Part shown: positions 23,801 to 35,617 of the stretch, piece by piece
How the letters are laid out: every line of letters starts with the position of its first letter
How positions within the stretch are numbered: position 1 is the first letter of the stretch
NCBI GenBank assembly: GCA_003344405.1
Contig: NOWV01000002.1
Span: forward strand, 496,001-560,000
Reading direction: 5' to 3'
Source: Trichoplax sp. H2
Taxonomy: Eukaryota
DNA: 64,000 nucleotides
Notes under the pieces: generated by a model
Database searches by the model: none
What the model saw: only the letters and a program-made list of their open reading frames with translations
Told to the model about the DNA's origin: nothing
Translations under genes and position numbers: made by a program

Positions 23801-26800
23801 AGAAAGCTAAATCTACATATCTTTTCCCCAACCAACATATCAGGGTACTAAAAACTGTCTATGGAATTCTGTGGATACTTATCCCTAATTTTACAAATCC
23901 GTAGTTATCTGTACGCCTTTAACTTTGCGTTAAACACTAAACTTATAGAATAATATTTTTATGCAAAATACCGGATTTATGTACTTTTCTGCGATAATTA
24001 GAAGTTACAATTAGCATCAATAGTACCTGTAAAATCAGGTACTAAATTTATATTTCAATGCCTAATTAATGCGGTAATAGCAAGTTTAAGATCATAAGAA
24101 TTGCAACAGCCACGCTTATGTATTTGTCGCCATTGCGTTGTACTACAAATACACAGAATCATCAAGTCATAATACACATTAACTGATAATTAGTCACAAT
24201 CACACATTACAGTACAAGATGTGTAAAGTATAAGCTATCTTGTAATCTACGTAAAATAAAGCTATGCCAATAAAACATCGCCTACTTCTCTACGGTGAAA
24301 TAATACCGTAGCTGCCAGAAAAAAATTCACGTACTTTTGGTCTACATCAAAATTGACCTTCATCTGCAGATTAAGGAAGCAAATATGTCTGCTAAAGATG
24401 GTGAAAGATATTGCCGTTGCTAAAATTCAAACAATATAATTCAATGATATTTGTGTATAGTGAAAAATTGTACCTTTTTTGTATCTATACACGTGCTTAA
24501 ACACAGTATATATGTACGAATACATGTTTTATAATCGATCTTATTTAATTAATCAATCTCACCATCCGAACTTTCTGCTTTTCGTATATTATCGATCTTC
24601 CTCAAAATATTTTTGCGAGCAAATATCATTAATTTTAAACTAGATGACGATAAAGCCGTAGAGGCGCTGCTACTTTCGCATAGCTATCAATTTATTTAAA
24701 AAAGTCAAGAATACGTTATATACCTCAGGACTTTCGTAACGGTAAGCGATCAAACTATAAGTAGAGAGCCAAACTCTTCTTCACTATTGCTACAAGCCAT
24801 AAAAATTTCTTACCTTTCCATACTCTTGGGAATCAGGTATCGCTTCAAGTAAGCGCTTTTTCCCTTGGACATCATTACAATTCTAAAGTAATTCAAGATA
24901 GGCATAACTGCGATTAATACCGCTCGTACAAGTATGTATAGATCACAGAGTTTCAATTATTGTTATGAATAGCAGTCAGTAAATATGTTAAATAAATCAA
25001 TACATAATTTTGGAAACTGGCTTAAAACTTAAACTATGATTTTCGTAATAGTTACGTTACTTGAGGTCTGAAAATAAAATAAATCTCTGGAATATTTATA
25101 GTAAAGGGTTGTATATGTTTTATAAGTAATATCGAGTTATTCTATATACGTCGAAAATCTTACAATTTATCCAGCTCTGTAATGGTTATATAAATATGGG
25201 ATCTCAAAAAGTTAATCATGAAAGCGAAAACGACTCACAAAACTACGCTAGTACAGGTAAATACCTTTCAATTCTGATTTGTCAACACTGCACCTAATCC
25301 GCTAGCTACTATAAAGCTTGGAAATTCTATTAACTATCAAATTAAGAAGAATTATGATGCTAGGGTATTAATGCTATAGCATAAGAGTGAATGTTATTAC
25401 TGACAAATTAAAATAAAAAAATCTGAAATTTATTAAATCAAACTAATACATCATTGTTGTGAATGGTATAAGTATGTGAACTAGATCTTGGCAGAGTTAC
25501 TTACGACAGATGGTATAATTAAAATATCTATTAACAGTTCAAAAAATATATCAAAATAATAAGGAAAGAAAATAGTAATACAGTTATTGCCGCAGTGAAA
25601 ACCCATCAAAATTGGACAGTTAAGTACTTTAAAACTTATTGAAAGGTTTCGTTGAAATATAACAAAATCAAAAACTAACACAATATAAAACGAATATTCA
25701 AAATAGACAACCATATTCATTTTACAGTACCTGTAAACCAATAACGTATATATCACTTGGTTTATAGCTGGATTCAATCGTGAGATCACTTCGTGGATGT
25801 CCTTGATTTGTTAGCCACTTTTCGATATTAACATTATTAAAGTTTACTCCCTCTAATGGAAACAAGAGGTAGTCGCTTTTATTAAGCGAGAGTAACACTG
25901 AAATCATATCTAATCAATATACTATTTTTAGGAAATATCTAGGATGGCTAAAAGATTCAGATGGGCGTATAAGGTTTTAAATTAATATCAATTCTATAGA
26001 TTGAATTATTAATATTACTTCGTTATAAATATAATATATAAGCGCATATAATAATCTTCGAAAGAGCAATTTAATTGATCCACGTAAAAGGAGAGAATAA
26101 CTTTAACTGACTTGAAGCGAAGGTCCCAATAAATATCGAAAGCTCATTCATTTTCGCAAGTGACCATTTATCGTATAATGTATTCCATACATTTGTAAAG
26201 ACTTTATAATCCTGTATGGACAAGACAACATGGCCTACTTTAACTAGATGTAACGATTAAAGACTTCCATTATGGTTATGAAATAAAAAACTATTAGCAT
26301 ATACCTGAGTCTGCTTAAAGCAAATAGTCAACGTTATCATCGGGTGAATTTTGATTTGGCTCATGTTCACGTCAGGATTTTCAGTAATTTCTGATACTAA
26401 GATTAAAATCACTATCATTACATCAAGTTTAACTACATATTTTTAAATAGACGAAAAGTAACGAGTTTATTTATTATGGTATTTGACAAAAACTTATCAC
26501 TGACAACATTATCGTTAGATCAATTGATAATACAACATATTACCCTGGTCTAAAGAATAAACTTCTGTATTACGATATTGCGGCTGTTGATTTTCGTATA
26601 GGATTGCAACTAGAAAATATAATTAATATGCCAATAATATATCATAACATAGAAATTTAAGATTTTAATATTTTAAGATTAAGAGTAGAAATCCAAGAAA
26701 ATTTAATGTAACTGTGGTTAATTTCCAAAGTAATTTTATAAGCTACTGTCGTTTGTTACCAGAAATTTGTATATAACTGATCTCTTTGGTATTTTACGAA

Positions 26801-29800
26801 AATGCAGAAAATGTTTACAACCGCGTATATAACATTAAATGGGCGTTAGCTAGTTTAGATATAAAAGTTCGAGGACTTACGCTGCTCAAAATCAAGTATT
26901 ATCTTTCCCGGATTAAATGTAGCATCATCATTATTAATATTCTTTTTAATACTAACCTATATTTAGATAGGTGTAAATTAAGATCTAGTTTAGAATCTAC
27001 TTTCATTGTAAGAAAGAATGAAAATTAACACCATTCTATTTTACCAGAGAATTACAATGTTAGCTTCATCGTAAAGTACCCGCATGCTAAGCATCGCTAA
27101 TGTTACAGTCTATTTATAGCATTATATTTTTCTTATTTGACAAGACTTCTAGAAATTACTAACTAAGATATCTTATTATTCATTGGTAAATAGAAATTAT
27201 AAATGCCTACGTGAAAATTCCTTTTAGTAGGCGTAACTGATTGTTCAGGAGCCGAAAATATAGAAAGAATTTCGCTCATATATTTTTTTACTTCAATGAT
27301 TTTCTTCTCTAGACTAACTAGGGAAGCGGAAAGATCTTCACTCTTTCGCTTGTTATCTATATCCTCATATATATTATTGATCGTCTAAAATAACAATAAA
27401 AATTGAATATTTTATAAATCATCGTAACTCCAAAAATATTCGTCGTACGCATACGCCGATGTATTTTCTTAATTTCGCTTATGATACGAAATGTGGAAAT
27501 CGTCCTAAAATTATGAAACTATCTACCTTGTAAGTAATTTCATGTTATCATTAGTGCAATTATTGCAGTGATATTATATCTTTTACCTCATTAATTCCTG
27601 TATTAGCTTGCTCCTAGAAGTAATAGAAATACGTAATAATAATTTTGTACATATCAGTATGTAAAGGCGATGTTAAGATTGCTATTCTATTAGGCTATAG
27701 AAGAAAATGCTAGTAATCTCACATCATACTCGAAAATAAATGTAATAGCAAATGATAGAGATCTCTAATAAATACTAATAGAAAGGATAAATTAAGTCCA
27801 AGGGAAAATTTCGCGCTAAATCTAAGAAAAAATTATAGATAAAGTTTATGGTACCCTATTCTCAGGATAATCTGACGCAAGCCGTTGATGAACCCGACAA
27901 ACCTTCAGGAAAGCTTCCACTTCCAATGTAAATTTTGCAGTTGCTCTACAGAAAGATAAAATCAGCATATTAATATAAGCGTTAGCATTGAGGGCAGCTC
28001 TTACATGCTGTATGATATATCTAAAAATTACTAGCAGAAATAGATAGATTACCATTTATTATGTACTAGTAATTTCTTCTTAACTATTTTGGAAATGAGA
28101 ATTCTCTATTATACCGTAAGTCGATATTCTATTTGATTTGATTTTGTTCCGCTATTATTGACATTTAATACTATAATCTAGCGATCATAGTTACCAGGAT
28201 GCTCGTATAATATATCTTTAGTTAAGGCTTATACAGTAGATAATCTAAACTCTAAGATAGATTTTTTTGTAAATTGCTAACATTAGATGATAATTTAATA
28301 TCGCGTAAACTATCCCTATTTGTAGATATTCCGTTTATAGTATTATCAATATGATTAGTTGGCTGACAACTCTCAGTCTATCATTTTACTTTTCGATCTA
28401 AAATTAGATTTAAAAGTCCTTGCTTGATATGATTTCAATAAACTTTGAAGATAAATCTCCACATGCAACTAGTCAATGCAAAATAACAGTTAAAATTTTT
28501 AGAATCTTACGCATAGCAGTTAGTTTTCTTCAACAACTTCTCAATTATACAGTTAGCATTGTCTTTCCAATTGCTTCTTTCAAAGTGGAGATCTCGTACA
28601 TATTGCCTTGCTAACTCTATATCTGGACATGTGGTTGAAATTGTACCCGAAGGCTTAGATTGGCTATTTTGGGTGTTTAATGTCATGTTATCTGGCTTAT
28701 AATTTTTATGTACATCTTCACATACTGGACTCATTTTTAAATACCCGAAATGACCAAAATTACTCTCATTGCTAGTAGGTCTATTTTGTCTTAATATAAA
28801 ATCATGATCATTTGAAAAGTGATGGATAGATGATGTTGAAGAAGATGTATCTGCCGTTGATTTGGTTACTTCCTCATTTGAAAAGGGGCTGGTAACTGGT
28901 TTTGTAGAGGTATAACTCATATTTTCAATTGAAGGTGATTTGCTCAGAAATGGCCGTCTATTAGAAGTTTGATTGGTAGATTCCTGACTGTTAGGAGTTA
29001 ATGGAGGCCCATTACATCCTATTGGGCTGTTAATTGGTAACTGAAAGGCTTGACTTGTAGCATTGATTAGAATTGGTAGATCACTATTATTGATCTTATT
29101 AGCCTCTGGCTGAAAGTCGCTACTAAATGAAGAAGAATTTTCGTGTATTGGTGAGTAAAGACCAGCCCTATACGCAGAGTTAAAATTATTCGCTGAGTTG
29201 AAATCGCTAACAGGATACAGCGTTTTAAATGGTAGTTTATTGCTCTTGGTATAATGATTTGCAATCTCAGACAATGTTTGAAATTTCCTTTGAGTTGTTA
29301 AATCTTTGTCTTCGGTCTATTTAGAATAAATCGCAAAACTCAGTACAATAACATTGTAGTAATACAATCATTGAACTGAAAATATCAGATTATTTTTAAT
29401 GTATATCGTACAAGACTTTAAAATATATTTTTGTTCTGCGTATAAGCAGTATCATGTTATTTAGACATCCGTACCATTAAAAAATATATCGTACTGTACT
29501 TTATTTATGTATAGTTAGCAATTTAGGAGTATTTTAATTACTAAAAATCCCTATATCATGAAAGAGGTTCTAAACTTTGATATCATCATAACTTTCAGTA
29601 TTTAAAGCTAATACAATGCTGTCAATATTTTGTAGATACATCGTTCATCATTTTTGCAGTTAATTAATTAACTAATATATATATCGTTTACCCTAAGCAA
29701 CTACATCACAAAACGACAATTTACATTTTAGTACTTATCTGGTAAGGTATACGTACGAGTTATATAATCAGCAAGACTATGGCCAGTAAAAGATACTTAC

Positions 29801-30310
29801 AAGCTCCGGAACTATATAATGATCATTATTTCGTATGATTCGGTAATCGTAAACGGTCCCTTCCCAACTATAATATTAATTGCAAGACAAATTAAGGCAT
29901 AAAGTGAGTAGAAAAGAAAGAATTTAATTTATACACAATCAAAACTCGAATATCAGTTACAATTAGAAATAGCATATTAATTTAGGAAATGCAAGAAATT
30001 AGGTGGCTAATATCGTATTATTAACTTAAGGAGTGATGACAATGTTAAAGATCTTGTACAAGAGGGCATTACAAGTCGATTCCTTATAGGACTTTGACAT
30101 GTGAGAACTGGAGTAAAGTACAATAGTAAGAGAAATGATTCCATCCTATTCAACTTACTAAACATTTATTACAATAAAGTTCATAGACGTTGCACTATAT
30201 CTGAATAAAAATGCTCCGTCTCTGCCATCATTTTCCAATCGAGTACGGGCGTCTACTGCAGTAATATCACGAAAGAAAGCAGGATAACGTAAAAGGTCTT
30301 CATCGCACAT
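20870..30310 (-). CDS. SHIP-like paralog A: SH2 + Ser/Pro-rich region + catalytically degenerate inositol 5-phosphatase domain + C2 (candidate pseudophosphatase), more than 20 exons
   Basis: Start MCDEDLLRYPAFFRDITAVDARTRLENDGRDGAFLFRYS (SH2). Large exon at about 28510-29316. The 5-phosphatase-fold exons LSIFIGTFAS, DIYVIGLQ, AISFTIFSRHICFLNLQM, DVTQQFHHIFILGDITQS, CNFPATA, AWYGGRVLYKK and GINRRPVF come in the same order as in copies B and C. C2 exons LKVPIYGSQISLKQQLLIVAI and GSAVFQL..IGTM follow. Stop TGA at 20870-20872. Confidence 0.75.
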
Positions 30311-33300
30311 TTTGCTAACAAAATTAAGAAATTTAATTCCGATTTCTAGCTGTAATTCGCGATAGCCGCAGCGAGTTTCTTTATTAATGAAGTGCTGGTG
30401 TCTAGTAAGCTATTAATTCCGATTTCAAATGCTTATGTTTAATCCTATACAAAAAATAAAAATTAGATTAAAATTTTGTATTTCAGTGCCGTAGTTTAAC
30501 ACATTTGAAAAATACATTGTATCTGATGAATTTGTTATGCTCACTACTATTAACTTTAAATTTTGCTCAGTCTTCATCTTATTTGTACTGTAATTTCGAA
30601 ATTGCGTATTGGATTTAAGGGGAATTGTATCTTAACTTTATTTTTGGATTGCGCATCAAAATTTGCTATTAAAGGAACCAAATACTAGAAAATTTCAACA
30701 GTCTTTGCTCAATCCATAAGCGTTGTTTACTACTATTGTACTGCATAAGTAAATGGGTATCAATACAAAATAAGGTGTAGATAATCAGATTTTATGTAAT
30801 TTCAAGTCATTCATATTTTGATATATTTTCTTCATTAAATTTATCAAGAAACATACTGAAATACAATATAATATAAATGACAAAATTTTGCTACATGCCA
30901 GTTTTGAGGTAAATATTTGTAAAAGTTAGTATTTAAATCAGATAGTTATGTGTTCTAGACGCAAGATAGCTTTTAAGCAATACCGTAGTTAAGTCTATAA
31001 ATGTGTATGAGAGTAGCAGATGAAATAGTTTTTCACTTAAGCAATTCGATACATGATTTTAGTATCAGAGTTCTAGAGATAGTTGGGTTTTACAGGTCCT
31101 ACAGCTAGTAATTTTTGGCTGACTCCCTACTCTAGTATCACCAGTCTTAGTTTTCTATAGCATTATATAGCCTAGCTATAGTATCCCCTTCCTCTAGTCT
31201 TAACTTATGCGGAAGTTGATTACCATTTCAATTATTTTCTATTTGCTATGTTTATCACTTAGGATTTCAACTTTCACAGTATTGAACTACGAGTACATGA
31301 CTGTATATTTCAAGAACAGTAGATCTTGTCAAGTTACTTCAATGTTGATATTCTCCGTTATTGCTGAGTCATTGAAACATTTCCTATATCTATATGATTC
31401 ATAATATAAGGAATGTATTAATGTTAATGAACTCCTGCTACACTTAAGTAATAGCGTGTACATTTCTCATCGTTTTGTAAACTAAAAAAAGTATGTTAGA
31501 TTTCATGATTTTACATTAGTGTTCTTGCCACTAATATTATCGAAAGGGAGTGTTTTACTTACAGTCTTATCGGAGCAAAACACCATTAATACAGATATTA
31601 GTTGTATGAATACCCAGCTAAATGTTAAAGTGTATAGAAAATTTGCACGCATTCAACATTGTTCCATGATTCTGATTAAATTGGTTAAAAACTACTATTA
31701 ATCAGTAGTAATATAAGATATGATGAATACGATGCCACGCTTAATATCATGAGCTTGAACAATTTAGTCAGTTAAGAAATACTATTAAATCGAAATTATT
31801 AGCTCTATCTAATTTAAAGGATGTGATATCGATAATCACTTGTCTAGGTGAGGACTACTCTCCATAATAATAGAGGCGTCTAACGTAATAAAGCCAAACA
31901 GTTTTAATTTTGGTTTTATTACGGAACATTTGAGTTTAAATGTGCCTACAGTTCGAGGAAGATTACTTTACAACTACAATAATGTCTTATCTTGATAGTG
32001 GCTTATGTAGCATACGATTTACGATAAGCATAAACAGTAAATAGATGATAGAAATTTAGCCTCAAAGTACGGACAACTTTCTGTACTATATTTGAAAAAT
32101 GGAGATAAAGTAATTCCTTCGCAACATGTTTCAACTTCAACGAAGAAACTTATTTGATCATTTTAGAACGTATATGAGTTATAATATATGTAATATTATT
32201 TTGGGAACGATATAATCTTAATATGAACAGCAATATCTTGATGTCGAAGTATTGAACCACGGTAGTATTGAGAAGGATGCCACCACTCTCATCCCTCTAC
32301 TTTCTAGAAGAGCTAATTCTGTATTTAGTAGTCATACTCACTCATACAGATGTAACCCTTTTGATCTCTTTCAAGCGGATAGAAATTGGGAATTGCAACC
32401 CGTACGAAATTTGTTACCCAGAAATGATTATGATCATCTACGGCAGTATAGGATTTGATGGATAGCAAACGTACAAGTATACGCATTCGGTAGAAAAAAC
32501 ATGGCTAACTATCACTTTTGTATCATCCTTAGCAAATTGTAGTAAAAACTCTCAAAAATTGCTTTCATAAACGAAATATTTCAACTTAATATCAAATGAA
32601 TTGAGAAGCCGGAAATGATTTAAATTACCACCACCTGATGATCATACAGTAACATTATGTCACAAAATACTGTAATATACCATCGCCAAGAAGGAAGTAA
32701 TCAATCTTACTTTTACTATTGTAGTTTAATTTTACACTATAGGTGCTTAATGAATTTGATATAGATAAAGTGTTCATAGTAAAGAGAGTCGATAGACACA
32801 TATTATTTTATCACACTAGTATATTAGTAGATATCGCCTCTTTTGAATTAAGATATCATATGGTTACATTCAGTAAAATTGCTTGAAGTTTTTCACAATT
32901 TTAGTTTGGACTAATAGGAGCTATCGTAATATAACGGCTTGGAGTTAACGAGAAACTGAATCGGTTTGTAGTATTTTAAAATTGACGTAAAATTATAGTA
33001 TGGTAGGCTTCGATGTTATATTGACATTGAAGAAAATTACCCATACATTTGCTATGAGAGTACAGTATTGTATGTACTTTCCTATCAGTTTATTATTAGT
33101 CAAAGCTTAATCATTGCCGAAAAAAAGCAAGATCAAGTTGAATAGAATTGTCATTAAGATAGCTATTATCTCGGAAATTAAAGTCTGAAGCTATCCATAA
33201 TACAGTACCATAATTGACTACTTCAATCTAATCGTAGCTGCTCATTTTAAAAAGCACAGACATAGATTGTACTAGCTCTTACCGTTTGTGGCTAAGTCAT

Positions 33301-34254
33301 TTTTGGGAAAGAACCCAAGAATATCAGACCAAGCCTTCCTACAAGATGATCAATTGAACGTGATGATTCTCCTTATATCGGGCAGTATTCAGGCTAGTTT
33401 TCTTAACGATAGTAAGAATAGCTATTCTTTCGATCTTTTATTTCCGTAAGTTTATACTTTCGATGGGGATAAAAGATTTAATATAGTTACCAGTAAAACG
33501 TCAATTACTTGCGTAACAGTGATTGTACTGTATATATTTGAATAGAGTAGTACTTCTATTATATAGACAATGCGATCGTAGCCAATACTATAAATCGATC
33601 AAAGGAGGTCAAGGAAGAATGTTAATATTTGTACTGAAGATGTAGTTCCTATTTGGCGCTTATTGTGGTGCAGTTTTATGCAAGTTTGCAATACACAATT
33701 AGAGGCGTAGTATAAGTTAGAGCCTTGGACTTCATAATTTGGTTAGATAGATGTAAAGGAACTACATTTAGCTATATGAAAGTGCATATAACCGGTAGTA
33801 TTAAAATATGGCACCCTCCCTATCAAGAAGAATTTAAGCTGACTTGTTAACTAGCTATTTAGCATAATAAAGCCCATTATTATTTACCTATTCTAATTGA
33901 ATCAGAGCCCTTTCTTCTATAATTCACTCATTGTATTCTCAAATATTGTTTATATGGAAAATGGAATAGAATCACAACGAAGTAAATATTTTAGTTCGTA
34001 TTATTTCCTTGTATTTTTTCAATATGATTGAATGTGATGAAGATAGAATTTCTTCGATGACAGTAATATGGAACATTGATTACATTACGTTATAATAGCA
34101 ATTGAGTAGTTGAACTACGGAAAACGATTATTAATAATACTACGATAGGACGTTAGGAGCAGTTTATCCGCATGCAAATATTAAGTGCATCGAATACTCC
34201 AATTTTTCTTACTGTTATCGTTAGTTATTTCGTATATTAGCATAGTAAATTAAG

Positions 34255-34643
34255 GGCAGCTATTCTACATTTTCATAATTTCTTTTAGTTATAGTAATTA
34301 AAACTACTTATTTCTCCTAGTCAAACGATTTTTTGCTAAATATGGGTTCGTCGTTGGTGCAATTGTTACTTTGAAACTACATCTACTAACGTCTTTTAAA
34401 AATGAACTTGATCTTGTTGGAGCTATTGTTTTACGTTTTCATAATATATTTTAGGGGTAGTAATTAAAACTACTTATTTCTCCTAGCCAAACTATTTATT
34501 TCTAAATATATATTCGTTGTTGGCGCAATTATGACTATTAAATTACATCTAATGCCGTCTTTTAAAAATGAACTTGATCTTATTAAAGCTGCTATACTAT
34601 ATTTTCATAATATCTTTAGGGGTTATCATTAAAACTGCTTACT
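34255..34643. repeat. Degenerate tandem repeat, about 166-bp unit, about 2.3 copies
   Basis: TAATTAAAACTACTTATTTCTCCTAG at about 34295 and 34461; CGTCTTTTAAAAATGAACTTGATCTT repeated; a third partial copy at about 34590-34643. Confidence 0.8.
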
Positions 34644-35617
34644 TGGTAATTTAAGAGAAGGGATTGCTTACCCTTAAGTGTTTTTAAGTAAGAGTATCAT
34701 GTCTAAATTCTGAAATTCGCATAATTAAAAAATTACTATACGTAGCGTATACAACTGCAACAGGATATTCAGTAGTAAGAAGATTTAAATAATCTATACC
34801 TTGATGAAAGGGATCATCATCGATATACCGTAATCTGTATTAGCTGTAAATGGTATTTAATTACGTGCCAGAAGCGCTCATCTAAGCTATATAAGCAGTA
34901 GTATAATCAATATCATAAGGGTTCTATTACATATATCTTGATAAAAGAAACCGCCATCGATACAATCTATTCCAACTGTATACTACTATTTCAACCATAT
35001 ATTACCACAGTCTTATCGAATTTATTTATAATTATAGCATACCGATATTATTATTAAACAGTATCGCATAACATCACAAATTAAAGCTTTGAATCATGTT
35101 ACGATACTGTCACAGTACTATACTATCTTACTGCCTTACTATAAGTACGGTACTGGTAGAAATTATGATGTTAGCTTTTATAAAATTATGACTTCATCTA
35201 CAAACCTAAGTCGCTAACTATGGCATCAGTATCAATTTTTCTGATCCTGAAGTATTCGTACCGTATTAATACAAGGCCTCAGTAAAACTTAGCTTCAAGT
35301 ATCCTTAATAAACACAAGTATCTATAAACTCCAACAGACATGAATCATCAGTTATGGGCAATAACTATAAGAGTATATAATAGTTATACCGTGTATCGAA
35401 GTTTAAGCTTCAGTTTATAACATTTACATATTATAAAATATGAATTATTTACCTCAGTCATGAACTAAAATGATTATAGTTTTCCACTTTCTAAACTGAG
35501 ATTCTTTTACTGTATTACTGCGGTAAAATGGAGCATGAAAGGTATCAAATGCAGGATCTTTAGGGACTTTTTGCTTCCTGTCTAGAATTTGTATTCTTTA
35601 CGAAGTGAAAACTAAAA

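Noticed and set aside
25266..25332. Exon-like AG..GT segment inside copy A
   Set aside because: It contains an in-frame TGA in the required phase. Exon 24814-24882 joins the flanking exons in frame without it.
32252..32465. Two overlapping short plus-strand ORFs in the intergenic gap
   Set aside because: No motif, homology or splice support.
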